The notes under the pieces are model-generated. The model was given only the letters and a program-made list of their open reading frames with translations. It did not search any database and was not told the origin of the DNA. From Rhynchopus sp. YZ270_cl-10 (taxonomy: Eukaryota), in NCBI GenBank assembly GCA_964035575.1, contig OZ037839.1:868001-932000 (forward strand): DNA of 64,000 nucleotides, in the 5' to 3' direction. The position numbers and the translations under genes are program-made. Below, in pieces: positions 12,319 to 23,074 of this stretch (the first letter of the stretch is position 1; each line of letters starts with the position of its first letter).

Positions 12319-14342
12319 ATATTCCATGGGCATCGTTTCTGATGTTGTAGTTTGTCTGCTGAGTGATCACGCGCCCCCCCTACTAGGGAGGTCTTAGGTT
12401 CATGCTTCGGCTAGCACGTAAAAGCTACCATGTCGCCGAAGTTAGCGGTCCTCGTATTCCATGAGGTCTTTCAGATGTTGTTGTTTGACTGCTGAGTGAT
12501 CATGCGCCCCCCCTACTAGGGAGGTCTTAGGTTCATGCTTCGGCTTGCACGAAAAAAGCTACCATGTCGCCGAAGTTAGCGGTCCTCGTATTCCATGAGG
12601 TCTTTCAGATGTTGTTGTTTGACTGCTGAGTGATCACGCGCCCCCCCTACTAGGGAGGTCTTAGGTTCAGGCTTCGGCTAGCACGTAAAAGCTACCATGT
12701 CGTCGAAGTTAGCGGTCCTCGTATTCCATGAGGTCTTTCAGATGTTGTTGTTTGACTGCTGAGTGATCACGCGCCCCCCCTACTAGGGAGGTCTTAGGTT
12801 CAGGCTTCGGCTAGCACGTAAAAGCTACCATGTCGTCGAAGTTAGCGGTCCTCGTATTCCATGAGGTCTTTCAGATGTTGTTGTTTGACTGCTGAGTGAT
12901 CACGCGCCCCCCCTACTAGGGAGGTCTTAGGTTCATGCTTCGGCTAGCACGTAAAAGCTACCATGTCGTCGAAGTTAGCGGTCCTCGTATTCCATGAGGT
13001 CTTTCAGATGTTGTTGTTTGACTGCTGAGTGATCACGCGCCCCCCCTACTAGGGAGGTCTTAGGTTCATGCTTCGGCTAGCACGTAAAAGCTACCATGTC
13101 GTCGAAGTTAGCGGTCCTCGTATTCCATGAGGTCTTTCAGATGTTGTTGTTTGACTGCTGAGTGATCACGCGCCCCCCCTACTAGGGAGGTCCTAGGTTC
13201 GGGCTTCGGCTTGCACGTAGAAGCTACCATGTCGCCGAAGTTAGCGGTCCTCGTATTCCATGAGGTCTTTCAAATGTTGTTGTTTGACTGCTGAGTGATC
13301 ACGCGCCCCCCCTACTAGGGAGGTCTTAGGTTCATGCTTCGGCTTGCACGTAAAGAACTACCATGTCGCCGAAGTTAGCGGTCCTCGTATTCCATGAGGT
13401 CTTTCAGATGTTGTTGTTTGTCTGCTGAGTGATCACGCGCCCCCCCTACTAGGGAGGTCTTAGGTTCATGCTTCGGCTAGCACGTAAAAGCTACCATGTC
13501 GTCGAAGTTAGCGGTCCTCGTATTCCATGAGGTCTTTCAGATGTTGTTGTTTGACTGCTGAGTGATCACGCGCCCCCCCTACTAGGGAGGTCTTAGGTTC
13601 ATGCTTCGGCTAGCACGTAAAAGCTACCATGTCGTCGAAGTTAGCGGTCCTCGTATTCCATGAGGTCTTTCAGATGTTGTTGTTTGACTGCTGAGTGATC
13701 ACGCGCCCCCCCTACTAGGGAGGTCTTAGGTTCATGCTTCGGCTAGCACGTAGAAGCTACCATGTCGCCGAAGTTAGCGGTCCTCGTATTCCATGAGGTC
13801 TTTCAGATGTTGTTGTTTGTCTGCTGAGTGATCACGCGCCCCCCCTACTAGGGAGGTCTTAGGTTCATGCTTCGGCTAGCACGTAAAAGCTACCATGTCG
13901 TCGAAGTTAGCGGTCCTCGTATTCCATGAGGCATTTCTGATGTAGTTTGTCTGCTGAGTGATCACGCGCCCCCCCTACTAGGGAGGTCTTAGGTTCATGC
14001 TTCGGCTTGCACGTAAAAGCTACCATGTCGCCGAAGTTAGCGGTCCTCGTATTCCATGAGGCATTTCTGATGATGTAGTTTGTCTGCTGAGTGATCACGC
14101 GCCCCCCCCACTAGGGAGGTCTTAGGTTCATGCTTCGGCTTGCACGTAAAAGCTACCATGTCGTCGAAGTTAGCGGTCCTCGTATTCCATGAGGTCTTTC
14201 AAATGTTGTTGTTTGACTGCTGAGTGATCACGCGCCCCCCCTACTAGGGAGGTCTTGGGTTCAGGCTTCGGCTAGCACGTAAAAAGCTACCATGTCGCGA
14301 AGTTAGCGGTCCTCGTATTCCATGAGGCACTTCAGATGTTGT
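12319..14342. repeat. About 15 tandem copies of a 133-bp unit
   Basis: GTTAGCGGTCCTCGTATTCCATGAGG recurs at 12441, 12575, 12708, 12841, 12974, 13107, 13240 ... about 14302; near-identical units with no unique spacers. Confidence 0.96.
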
Positions 14343-14361
14343 TCTTCTTTTTCTTCTTGTT

Positions 14362-14427
14362 CCGAGTCTTTGCCGCAGTCCACTGCGTTGCCCGGGGTCA
14401 CCTCGTGGAGGTGCTCGGTAAAACCCC
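14362..14427 (-). ncRNA. HDV-like self-cleaving ribozyme (predicted)
   Basis: GGGGUU(P1) UUA CCGAGC(P2) ACC(P3) UCCACGA(L3) GGU(P3') GACCCC(P1') GG(P1.1) GCAA CGCAG-UGGA-CUGCG(P4) GCAAA(J4/2 with catalytic C) GACUCGG(P2'). Confidence 0.85.
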
Positions 14428-14882
14428 CTGCTGCAACCTTTCTGCTGTGATGTTTGTCTCACCCAATGCATGAAGAGCTGATATGGCTTCGTATTTCATC
14501 GTTTTCGTCAACACGACTGTGTCTCCAGCACTCAGTTCTGTGATGTCCTCTCCTTCCTCCTTCCCTCCGAAGCCCATGCGGAAGCTGTCTTCGCACAACT
14601 CTGCTGCAGTCGCCACCTTCTGCCGCATCGTCTCCGTTGTGTCCTTCTCACCCACCTCCATCACGAAGTCGTTCCCCAAGCCCTGGATAGTCAGTTCCAT
14701 TTTATGTGTCTCTTGATGTATCTCTGTGGGTGGGTTGTTGGGTAAGGAAGAGCTTTTAACCCGCAAACCCCAAGATTTTTTGTCATCTGAATGATGGTCA
14801 CTAGGGGAACGGTAGGGGCTAGGTCACCCATCTATAATTTATAGAATCGCAATTTATAGATTTGTAATTTATAGATTAATTA

Positions 14883-15282
14883 CAGGGGGGTAGCCAAATA
14901 AGAGGGGCGCCGCTCTTATTCGGCGTGCCTAATCGCAAAGTATTGGGTTTTCCGAGCTTTCGGGGTCAACTTATGGGGTCCTGTACAAAACCTTAAGGGG
15001 GGTCCAAAAAAAATTTTACCACCAATTTTTGCCCACAAAAAAGTTATTTCTCAGCGCAAAGTGACTCCATCACAGCACGCACAGACTCCCGAGAATCGGA
15101 AAAAAAAATTGGCAAAAATCGGTCGAAAATTTTTTCAGGCCCCCAACCAGTACCTCCCTTAAGACTTTGTACAGGAGGGGGGTGCCCCTCTTATTGGCCA
15201 GAGTTCGCCAGATCCCAGGGTGCCGCTCTTATTACCCCTGCCGCTCTTATTCGGCATGCCGCTCTTATTAGGCCCCCCCCTG
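14883..15282. mobile_element. Tc1/mariner-type MITE
   Basis: TA|CAGGGGGG..AATAAGAG ... CTCTTATTAGGCCCCCCCCTG|TA. Confidence 0.7.
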
Positions 15283-16313
15283 TAATTAATTTTTGGCCTT
15301 TTTTGGCCATTCTATAAATTAGAAATCTATTAAATAGAGGTTGGACTGTATTGAGATGTACCTATGCGTGCAAACTATCGACCGTAATAACCCTATTTTG
15401 GGACAAGTGTAACATGAGGTTATTTTGGGCAAAATAGCCCAAAAAGTGATCGCAAATACGATTCTCCACCCCGCAGGGGATCTGGCGAGTAGTTCCGAGG
15501 GGGTTTGGACACTTCTGTGCTTATCTGAGAACTTTTTTTTGAATTTTTAAGGTGAAAAAGCACCCTAAAAAAGAGGCAAATTCGGGCATTTTAAGCGGTT
15601 CCGTCCCTCATGAATACGTCTGGGACCCTCCCAGGACCCCTAAAAGCTGTAAAAACCATACATTTCCACCCCGGGACCCCAGAAGATGTGGACTGAAGTG
15701 TTTTTCGGGTGTTTAGAAGGAGCTTTGCCTGATTGGATAAATTTCTTGGCAAGTGTTAAATTTTGGTCCCCAAGCGTTACGCAATTTTGGGGTCTTTTTT
15801 CACAAAAAATCGATTTTTTTTTGGACAAGAAATGCTCTGTGAAGGTCGTCAGGTGGTTTATTGGGATATATGGGTGATCCCCAGGGCGATTTGCGGCCAG
15901 GCACGCCCATTTTAGTGGGTTTCTTCACCGAAATTTCAAAAAAATGGGTTTTGGACAGCAAAACGCCCTTGGTGGAACCCCCTACCCCCCCCCTGAGGTC
16001 CCCCCCCCTCCCCCCCCAAAAACGCGGACATTGTCCGCGTTTTTTGTTTTGATGCCACCCCTGTAGGTTGAACATTTTACTAATGCGGTAAGCCTCTAGT
16101 ACTTAGTCACCTTACTAAGAGCATACAAGAAGAACATTGGCCGTTAAAAGGAGAACACTTCCAAAAAAAGTATGTCTTGAGCGAAAACAAATTGAGAGAA
16201 AACACTAAAATCAAAATATCACAAAAATTGAGAGAAAAAAAAAACCCCACATTGTAATTTTGCACAACCTAACAAAATGTGGTCTTTCTGTTTTCGCCAT
16301 ATTTTCCCCTTTT

Positions 16314-17513
16314 TTACTCCACGTCGCTCCAATCCAGAGTACGGACCTGCAAGCCCGCCCCCGCAGCGAAGACATAGCGCCCACAGGCCGACACATCCAC
16401 ACCCCACGCATTCTCTCCCGGGACTGTTCGGAGTGTCCTGGCCTCCACCTCCACGATGTAGTCCTCTCCGTCTCCCTCTCTCTCTCCTCCTTCTCCTTCT
16501 CTTTCACCCTCTTCCCATGCCCACATCAACAACCCGCCACTCGCAGATGCAAGCACCATCTTATACGGATCGATCGGAACAAACACTGCACATCTAGGAC
16601 TACGCAGGGCAAGCCGTGCCACCACACATCTCTTCTCTCTATTATACACAGCAACCCCATTTTGTGTACACGCAACCACATAATATGCGCAACCTGACAA
16701 CGACACATGCCTGCAACCATCTACAGATGCTCCAAAGGGCGTTTCTGCTTCTTCCCACTCCCCTTGGTCTAGGGTGGACACCTTCACCTCTGACGCACTG
16801 CAGGATGCAATCCGAAGCAATCCATCAGAATACCTAGCAGCCACGTGACGCACTGCAGTGCAATGTGTATGAAGGAAGGTCAACAGCGTGCCCTTTTCTA
16901 AATCCCAGAGGCGTATCTTTGAGTCATCCCCACCAGAAACACAGAGGTGCCGTGGTTGTGTCTCCCCACAGCAGGCGGACACTGAATTTACCTCACCGTG
17001 ATGGCCATGGAGTTGGTGGGTTGGAGAGGAAAAGTTTGGGGTAGAATAGACTCGAACCACGCCGGATTGATCGCCGGTGATGACGTAGAGACTGCAGTGG
17101 GAGATGTCGATTGCGCAGACATCGCCACGTCCGGTGTGTTTGGTGAGGGTGTGGGTTGTGTTTGTATCGAAGTCGTGGAGGCTAACGGTGCGTGAGTCGC
17201 AGCGTGCGATGCCACAGTAACGTCCGCAGCGGGAGGCAGCGCAGTTCCATGCATGGCTGCAAGGAATGTCCGCATCGTGCAGCTCGCGGTGGTATCGAAA
17301 ATAGGACACATCCTCAGTCTCGACGTCCGCCACCTTCATGTCATCATCCCACAGCACAACGTCGCCAGCACGCAGTCGCATGGTATGTGCCAGGCACGGC
17401 TGTACGCCAAACCTCTCCCCGCATGCAGTGGATACATCTCCAACAGTGCTGTCCGCTGTGATGTCGAGAACAATGTTTTCGCCAGTGGGAGCATTGAGAA
17501 TGGTGAGACTCAT
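16314..17513 (-). CDS. UBL + WD40 repeat protein
   Basis: N-terminal MSLTILNAPTGENIVLDITADSTVGDV (ubiquitin-like); WD repeats such as GHHGEVNSV..VSGGDDSKIRLWD. Confidence 0.85.
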   Translation of the reverse strand: MSLTILNAPTGENIVLDITADSTVGDVSTACGERFGVQPCLAHTMRLRAGDVVLWDDDMKVADVETEDVSYFRYHRELHDADIPCSHAWNCAASRCGRYCGIARCDSRTVSLHDFDTNTTHTLTKHTGRGDVCAIDISHCSLYVITGDQSGVVRVYSTPNFSSPTHQLHGHHGEVNSVSACCGETQPRHLCVSGGDDSKIRLWDLEKGTLLTFLHTHCTAVRHVAARYSDGLLRIASCSASEVKVSTLDQGEWEEAETPFGASVDGCRHVSLSGCAYYVVACTQNGVAVYNREKRCVVARLALRSPRCAVFVPIDPYKMVLASASGGLLMWAWEEGEREGEGGEREGDGEDYIVEVEARTLRTVPGENAWGVDVSACGRYVFAAGAGLQVRTLDWSDVE

Positions 17514-17699
17514 TGGGGGGAAGGGGGAGGTGCTGTACTGTGCTGTGCTGTGGGGTGGGGAAATCACAAAAAAAGAATATAAAGGGAGAAAGAAGCTGGG
17601 AGGATTTGCAGCACCCATAGGTCTCCACACCTCAGGGCCCCTAAGCAGGAAATAAGTGTAAACCTTTTCCCTTTTTTTTTTTTTTTTTTTGCAGAAACA

Positions 17700-19160
17700 T
17701 TACAAATCCAGCAACTGCGATACAGGCGCCTTCCCATCCTTCACATCAAGCAGTACTTGAAGGTCTTTCTTCACTTCTTGGTATTGATTTTTAAATCCAT
17801 CGAACTCCGCGGTTCGCATGCTGAGCGAGTCTTGCAGGTTGCATATTAGTCTTTTATCCTTTTTCGCTTCTTCCCTCATGCTGCGCAACTGATGCGACTT
17901 GCCACCTTGCTCCTGTTCATAATCGATGTTGAGACCGACGGAACGCCGCCAGCAATCTTCTAAATTCAGGATATACTCATCCACCTCAAGCAACGACGCG
18001 CAGGCACCTAACTGCGGCATTGTGTCCGAGTCTGAGAGCATCTTCTGCCTGACATACTGCCCCGAATGATTTGTTCTGTAGATCAGCCGACGGTGTTCAT
18101 GCTTGACGACCTGCTGGGGCAACGCTTTGTGCATCGTACTCTGCTGCTCCGGCAGCGCCTGGTGAAGAAGCGCTGGACTAAACGCAGGACCTGACAGCCA
18201 ATCAATCTGATACCTCGTAAACAGACTGGCAAGAAGCTTTGAGACTGACAACGCAACGTGCTCGTCGTCGCTATTAAAGGAATCGCTTCCGTGGTTTTTA
18301 TTGATCAACTGAACCACCCCAACTGGCTCCGAAGATGCATTGAAAATTATTGGAAAACACAACAGACTTCTTCCTTGAGGCCGTTTTGACACCGGTGTTT
18401 TAGGAGTTGGATTACTAGAAAGGGTGGGTATCGTGGGCATTGATGGAACATCCTTTTTGTCATTAGTAATAAGCTGGTTCACTGCGATATTCGATGTCAA
18501 GACCGACCCCGCGACACCAGACGCCGCAGCCAACCGAATTGGCCCCTGCTGCTTCGCCCCCTTCTCTCCTTTGCCCCCAACCACCGCTACACTCTGTAAT
18601 TCATCCTTTACTCTGCCTGTATATAATAGTACATTGCCCTTCTCCGCCTTCGCAGCTTGAACCGCGCTTTCCAAAATAAAATACACTGAAGAAAGCAGTC
18701 TGCCCTGAACATTATCTTCCTTCGCTTTGGATGGGGGTGCGGTTATGGCTAGCCCTGGGGATACGGTATTTGAAGTGTTTTGGACCGGCATGGGGGTAGC
18801 TGTGGTGATGACTTTGGATTTGGAGAAGATGTCGGTGCATTCACGGATTGCACGCTCGAGAGCGAGGAAGCGGACGGTGAGGCTGTCAAGGCTTCGACCC
18901 ACCTTTTCAAGCTTGGCTTCAGGAGAATCCGTATCAGCTTGAACCGTCGCAGTAAGCGCCCTCGCAGAATCCAAAGCAATCTTCGTGCTTGCCGCGTGCT
19001 TCTTCAACCAATCGATCGATCTCTTCTTCGCATCGTCAGCCCGCTTCCGTTCAGACTTATCTATCGACTCCTTCCGGTTCACATTTCCCATTCCATTTGA
19101 ACTAGCCACAGAAGAGCGTTGAACACATGAAGGGCCATTCGAAGGAGGTCGGGGGAACAT
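17700..19160 (-). CDS. GAF-domain protein with coiled coils
   Basis: GVAGSV...RSLLCFPII..PVGVVQLINK...FNSDDE (PDE-type GAF motifs); heptad-rich ends. Confidence 0.85.
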   Translation of the reverse strand: MFPRPPSNGPSCVQRSSVASSNGMGNVNRKESIDKSERKRADDAKKRSIDWLKKHAASTKIALDSARALTATVQADTDSPEAKLEKVGRSLDSLTVRFLALERAIRECTDIFSKSKVITTATPMPVQNTSNTVSPGLAITAPPSKAKEDNVQGRLLSSVYFILESAVQAAKAEKGNVLLYTGRVKDELQSVAVVGGKGEKGAKQQGPIRLAAASGVAGSVLTSNIAVNQLITNDKKDVPSMPTIPTLSSNPTPKTPVSKRPQGRSLLCFPIIFNASSEPVGVVQLINKNHGSDSFNSDDEHVALSVSKLLASLFTRYQIDWLSGPAFSPALLHQALPEQQSTMHKALPQQVVKHEHRRLIYRTNHSGQYVRQKMLSDSDTMPQLGACASLLEVDEYILNLEDCWRRSVGLNIDYEQEQGGKSHQLRSMREEAKKDKRLICNLQDSLSMRTAEFDGFKNQYQEVKKDLQVLLDVKDGKAPVSQLLDL

Positions 19161-19292
19161 TTGATATTTGATAATGGGTAAACTGAATTGGTTATTTGGA
19201 TTTGGGGTTTGTGTGAGTATTTCTAGAGATGAGATCAAAAACGGTTTGATATTCCCGTAGTTGAGCGATTAGGTGAAAAAAAGCTTAAATTA

Positions 19293-19424
19293 CCGTAATC
19301 GTAAAAATTGTGGACCGTAAAAATGTTCCAGTTTGCCAAAAAAACCCAAAAAGTTCCAGAATTTTTACGGTCCAAGTATTATACGGTCCAAAATTTTTAC
19401 GGTCCACAATTTTTACGATTACGG
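19293..19424. mobile_element. MITE
   Basis: TA|CCGTAATCGTAAAAATTGTGGACCGTAAAAA ... TTTTTACGGTCCACAATTTTTACGATTACGG|TA. Confidence 0.85.
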
Positions 19425-19606
19425 TAGAGAAAATGTTGCAGGAGTTTTGGCGATATGAATACTAACGAATGAAGGGTGCATGACCTCTCACTCCCACTCA
19501 TGCACATCTCTGGTGGGGGCGTACTTCGTCACGCTCCTGTAAGGGCTGCCCTGATTGAATCTTCCTATGGAAACTATAGCGAAATAGTGCCTGAGTTTTT
19601 TTAAAA

Positions 19607-19748
19607 AAGGTGTCACTTTGTCGTTCCCTCACCCCCCTTCTTGTAGTTGTTTTTGACGCGTTGACGCTTCCACAGACACTATCTCTCACCTTGGGTGGTG
19701 TTGCGAAGCACAGTCGGAGTGAGTGAACGACGTGACAACTTTCCGCTC
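19607..19748. repeat. About 140-bp dispersed fold-back repeat, copy 1
   Basis: Near-identical to 33708-33852; ends GTCAC..GTCGTTC.CTCAC / GTGAG.GAACGACGTGAC can pair. Confidence 0.8.
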
Positions 19749-20105
19749 ACAAAAGTAGTGTGCGTAAAATAATAAAAAACCCATTTCATCTTTTTGTTTA
19801 GTTGGTACGCTACCCACGCCATACGATTAGGACAAAAAGTGTTTTGTCCTAATAAAAAATAAAAAGGAGTGAACCAACGAAGATCAAAAAGCCTTCGGGT
19901 TTTCGGGGTTTTGCCGCTCTTTTACTTTTTCTTTCTGGATAGAAGGCAGAAGGGGGGAACGGAGGGGAAAATAGGGGATGTCCTTTATGGTTTTCTCCAT
20001 CAAGAGAAAAAATATTTTGCGTATGGGGGGGGGGATGGAACGTTTGCTAAAAAAACACACAACGCAATCAGTTAGCCACTGGGGAATTGTTTTATGGTCT
20101 TAGTT

Positions 20106-21535
20106 CTAGAGTGCCTTTGTGCCCATGCTCACGGTGCCACAGCCCTCCAGGTCCGGCTGCTCCTCCTCAGGCTCAAAGAGGGATGGCAGCGCCCCGACCT
20201 GGATGAAGTAGGAGAGGAGGTCTGTCGACTGCACCAGGTGTGTGGTCAGGCCGGCCTCGTTCACGGTGTGCAGGTTGATGCCTTCGAAGGACGCTGTCTG
20301 GCCCGTTGCCTGCGGTGTGGGGTGGGTGTTTATTTTATAAATTCTTGGAGTACCGTAGTTGCCTCGGTTGTGTTGCCACAGTTGTGCAATCTCCCCCCCT
20401 TTTTTTTTGTACCGACAAATCATCCCCTGGGGTTCTGTACAAAAAAAAGTCGCCCGAAAAGGCTACGAAAGGCCTAATGAAGCTTCAAAGACCATCCTCA
20501 ACCCAATGGAGTATATGTTTAAGTTTAGGGGGGGGAAAGAAATTGAAGTTGACGCAGGCATCTCCGACCCATATACGATGCCAGCCATCCGGATGAAATC
20601 AGAAGTACCCTGCCAAAGAAAGGTTTATAAGATGAACCTAAGATGGCTAAAGCCTGAGTCTTCTTTGATGAAATTAACTGTTTTTTTTTTTTTTTTTTTT
20701 TGTTGTGTCGACAATCACCTGCTAGTGCAGGATCTGTACTCAATGTCGCCCGAAGGCTATTGTACTTAAAAGATATAGACGGAGGTCGTCCTCAACTCTG
20801 GAAAGTCGCTTTTATTTGGTGTTTATGCATTCGAGTGCTGTAATATACACAAAAGTTGCATCATCAAAGTTTGGGGGATAGGGTGGGTTAAAGGGGTCAC
20901 GTGAGAAAATAAAGTAGTTGGTTAGAAATTCAGTACATCATGTTTCAGTCCTAACTGCATACATTGGTAGTATCAGAGGGGGACATCGTCAGTGCAAGAC
21001 CCTCCGAGATGTAAAGAGTTTTAACCACTGTTGCTATTATCAAACAGTCTTTGCGCTCTACTTGTCTTTTCAAAAACTAAAACCTAGACCTGTCAACACA
21101 AAAATTATGAACGACTTAGCTTCTGTGAGCTCGCAAGGGAGGTGTCGCTACGCACCTGTCCGAAGACTGCTGCCCTAGAGAGTGCGTAATCCGGGAATTT
21201 TTTTTTTTTTTCCATACCGCAACGATGCCATAGTTCCCTGTAAACCGTGCCTCATGGCGGTAGCGGACGGCGAAGCGCTCTGCGTCCTCGTCTCCAATGA
21301 CTTCAAGGATCTTCGGCTTCACGTCGAACGCCGCGTTAAACGCAGGGAACGGCGCAATGATGTTCTCAAGGCCCTCAATCATGTTGCCCGACGCGTCCAT
21401 TGTGCAGTCCTCTGTGTACACCTTGAGCCAGTACTTCTTCTTGATCTCCTTCGTCTCCATACCCTTCTGCAGGAGGTCCAGCTTCTCAAGGAACTCTGTC
21501 CTCCTTCCTAACGCAGTCCAGGTTCGGCGGAGCAT
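20106..21535 (-). CDS. SnoaL/NTF2-like ester cyclase-fold protein, 2 exons (21535-21218, 20309-20106)
   Basis: A phase-0 GT-AG intron joins ...FTGNYGIVA to ATGQTASFEGINLHTV..DLLSYFIQVG, a SnoaL-like pattern; the MLRR N-terminus suggests mitochondrial targeting. Confidence 0.75.
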
Positions 21536-21848
21536 TGATTAAAAAAGGTTTGAGGAAGTCCTGTGGAGAATGGGGTAAATGTGGGGAGTCTAGGAGAGTT
21601 GTGTGCAGTGGTCGAGAAGTGGGTGAAGGAGGGGAAAAAAGACGATCGGCGGGATGCAAGGTACTGACACAGAACAAAAGCAAAAGAGAGGCTAAGAGGT
21701 GCAGATGGCAGAACACTCGTTTACGGGTTTTACGGGTTTGCCTCGCCGTTCATCAGCGGACGCAGGGCATTGCTTCTCCGCGGGGGGTATCGAACCCCCC
21801 CAGAGAGCACTTCATTGGCATTCACGTACAAACAAAAATATATATTAT

Positions 21849-21918
21849 GGTGTGGCTCTACGACCCCAAAATAGCAGAAAATAGCCCAAAAATAGCAACC
21901 CCCCCTTCAGCCACACCA
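21849..21918. mobile_element. Short MITE (GGTGTGGCT/AGCCACACC ends)
   Basis: Inverted ends with internal AAAATAGC repeats; opposite-orientation relative at about 38371-38490. Confidence 0.6.
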
Positions 21919-22907
21919 AATATTTGATTTGAAAAGTTGAAATACAAAAAAAAACCCCCCTCTCGTGACATCATGCACGCTCAGCAATGCCGCACATAGG
22001 GTGCTAGGATAAAAAGAGAAAGCTGGGGGACGCACTGTGTTTGTTTTTTTGGTTTTTTGTGTATTGTGTTTTTTTTAGCTTTTTTTTTGTTTTTTTTGTT
22101 TTTTTTTTTTTTTTTGTTTTTTTTTTAGTTTTTTTTCGAACACCAAGGCAATCACAGATACGTGATACCGAGTGTTTCTCTTTCGTGTGTTTTTTTTTCC
22201 CTGGATTAAAGTATAAAAGAAAGGTCAAAGAAGATGTGTGGGAAAAATATGGGAGGGGGTTAAAAAAAAAATTGGGTAATTGGAGAAAAGAAAACAAATG
22301 TTGTTGTGGAAATGGGGGGTGTGTTATGTTCAAAAAAAAATAATAATACGGACACAAACACAGTGTGTTTATTGTTCTCAGCTGTGTATGTGTGGTATAT
22401 AGAATTTTTTTTTTTTGGAAGGAAATATGGCGAACGCTTTTTTAGTTACTGTGCCTCTGGAAACAAAAAGAAAAAGAAAAAGAAAGTTGATGAGATGAGC
22501 CTAAGCCTCTCACTGCTTAGCCACCTTTACATTCAGTTCCCTTGTACAATTAGTTAGGCAACCCACCCCACTTCCCAAACAAAGATCGGGTATGTGGTTT
22601 GGGCGCTCAAATCCGGGCAAAAAAAAAAAAAAAAAAAAAAAAAGTGGAAAAAAGTGTGAACCTGCATTTTAGTGTTAGTGTGTTTGTGTGAATAAAAGTG
22701 AATCAAACAGACACCACCCTAATTTTCTTTTTTTGCCAGAAATTTGGAGTTTTGGTGGTTTTGGTGGTCTTTAATACCATTTTTAACTCAAGGAAAAAAA
22801 AATTAGGTGGGGAGACAATTACAAAACATGCTTTGTTTTTTTTTTGCTTTCCGTTTTGCTTGTCTGTCTCCAATCTTTTTAGTGCTGACAACTTAAAGAT
22901 GATGTTA

Positions 22908-23074
22908 CCGTGATCGTAAAAATGTTCGACCGTAAAAAAGGTCGAACTTCCAGAAAAATCCTGAAAAGGTCGAACATTTTTACGGTCGAACATTACTGTA
23001 CCAATATTCTACTGTAAAAAAAGGTCGAACTTCCTGAAAAATCTTGAAAAGGTCGAACATTTGTACGAATACGG
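22908..23074. mobile_element. MITE (TA|CCGT...ACGG|TA, GTCGAAC repeats)
   Basis: Relatives at about 6838-6944, 54763-54865 and 58563-58665, in both orientations. Confidence 0.65.

Larger units (their letters stand above)
11956..14427 (-). mobile_element. Non-autonomous retroposon (SINE-like) with 5' HDV-like ribozyme and internal 133-bp tandem array
   Basis: Direct repeats CTGCTGCAACCTTTCTGC at 11938-11955 and 14428-14445 (up to 21 bp with microhomology); no long ORF; 3' end ...AAAACGTTTACCA resembles the LINE 3' end. Confidence 0.82.
10759..14700 (-). pseudogene. UBL-LRR paralogue 2 (13 LRRs), interrupted by a 2.5-kb insertion
   Basis: 5' part MELTIQG...AERLQQ (14700-14428) and 3' part AERLQQVEDPK...LGDVGF (11955-10759) rejoin in frame across a duplicated target. 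Confidence 0.9.

Noticed and set aside
12319..14342. CRISPR array
   Set aside because: Units are near-identical along their whole length, with no unique spacers and no cas genes; eukaryotic context.
11956..14427. Non-canonical intron rather than a disruptive insertion
   Set aside because: It has a TSD and ribozyme hallmarks with no clear splice boundaries; splicing out cannot be fully excluded without RNA data.
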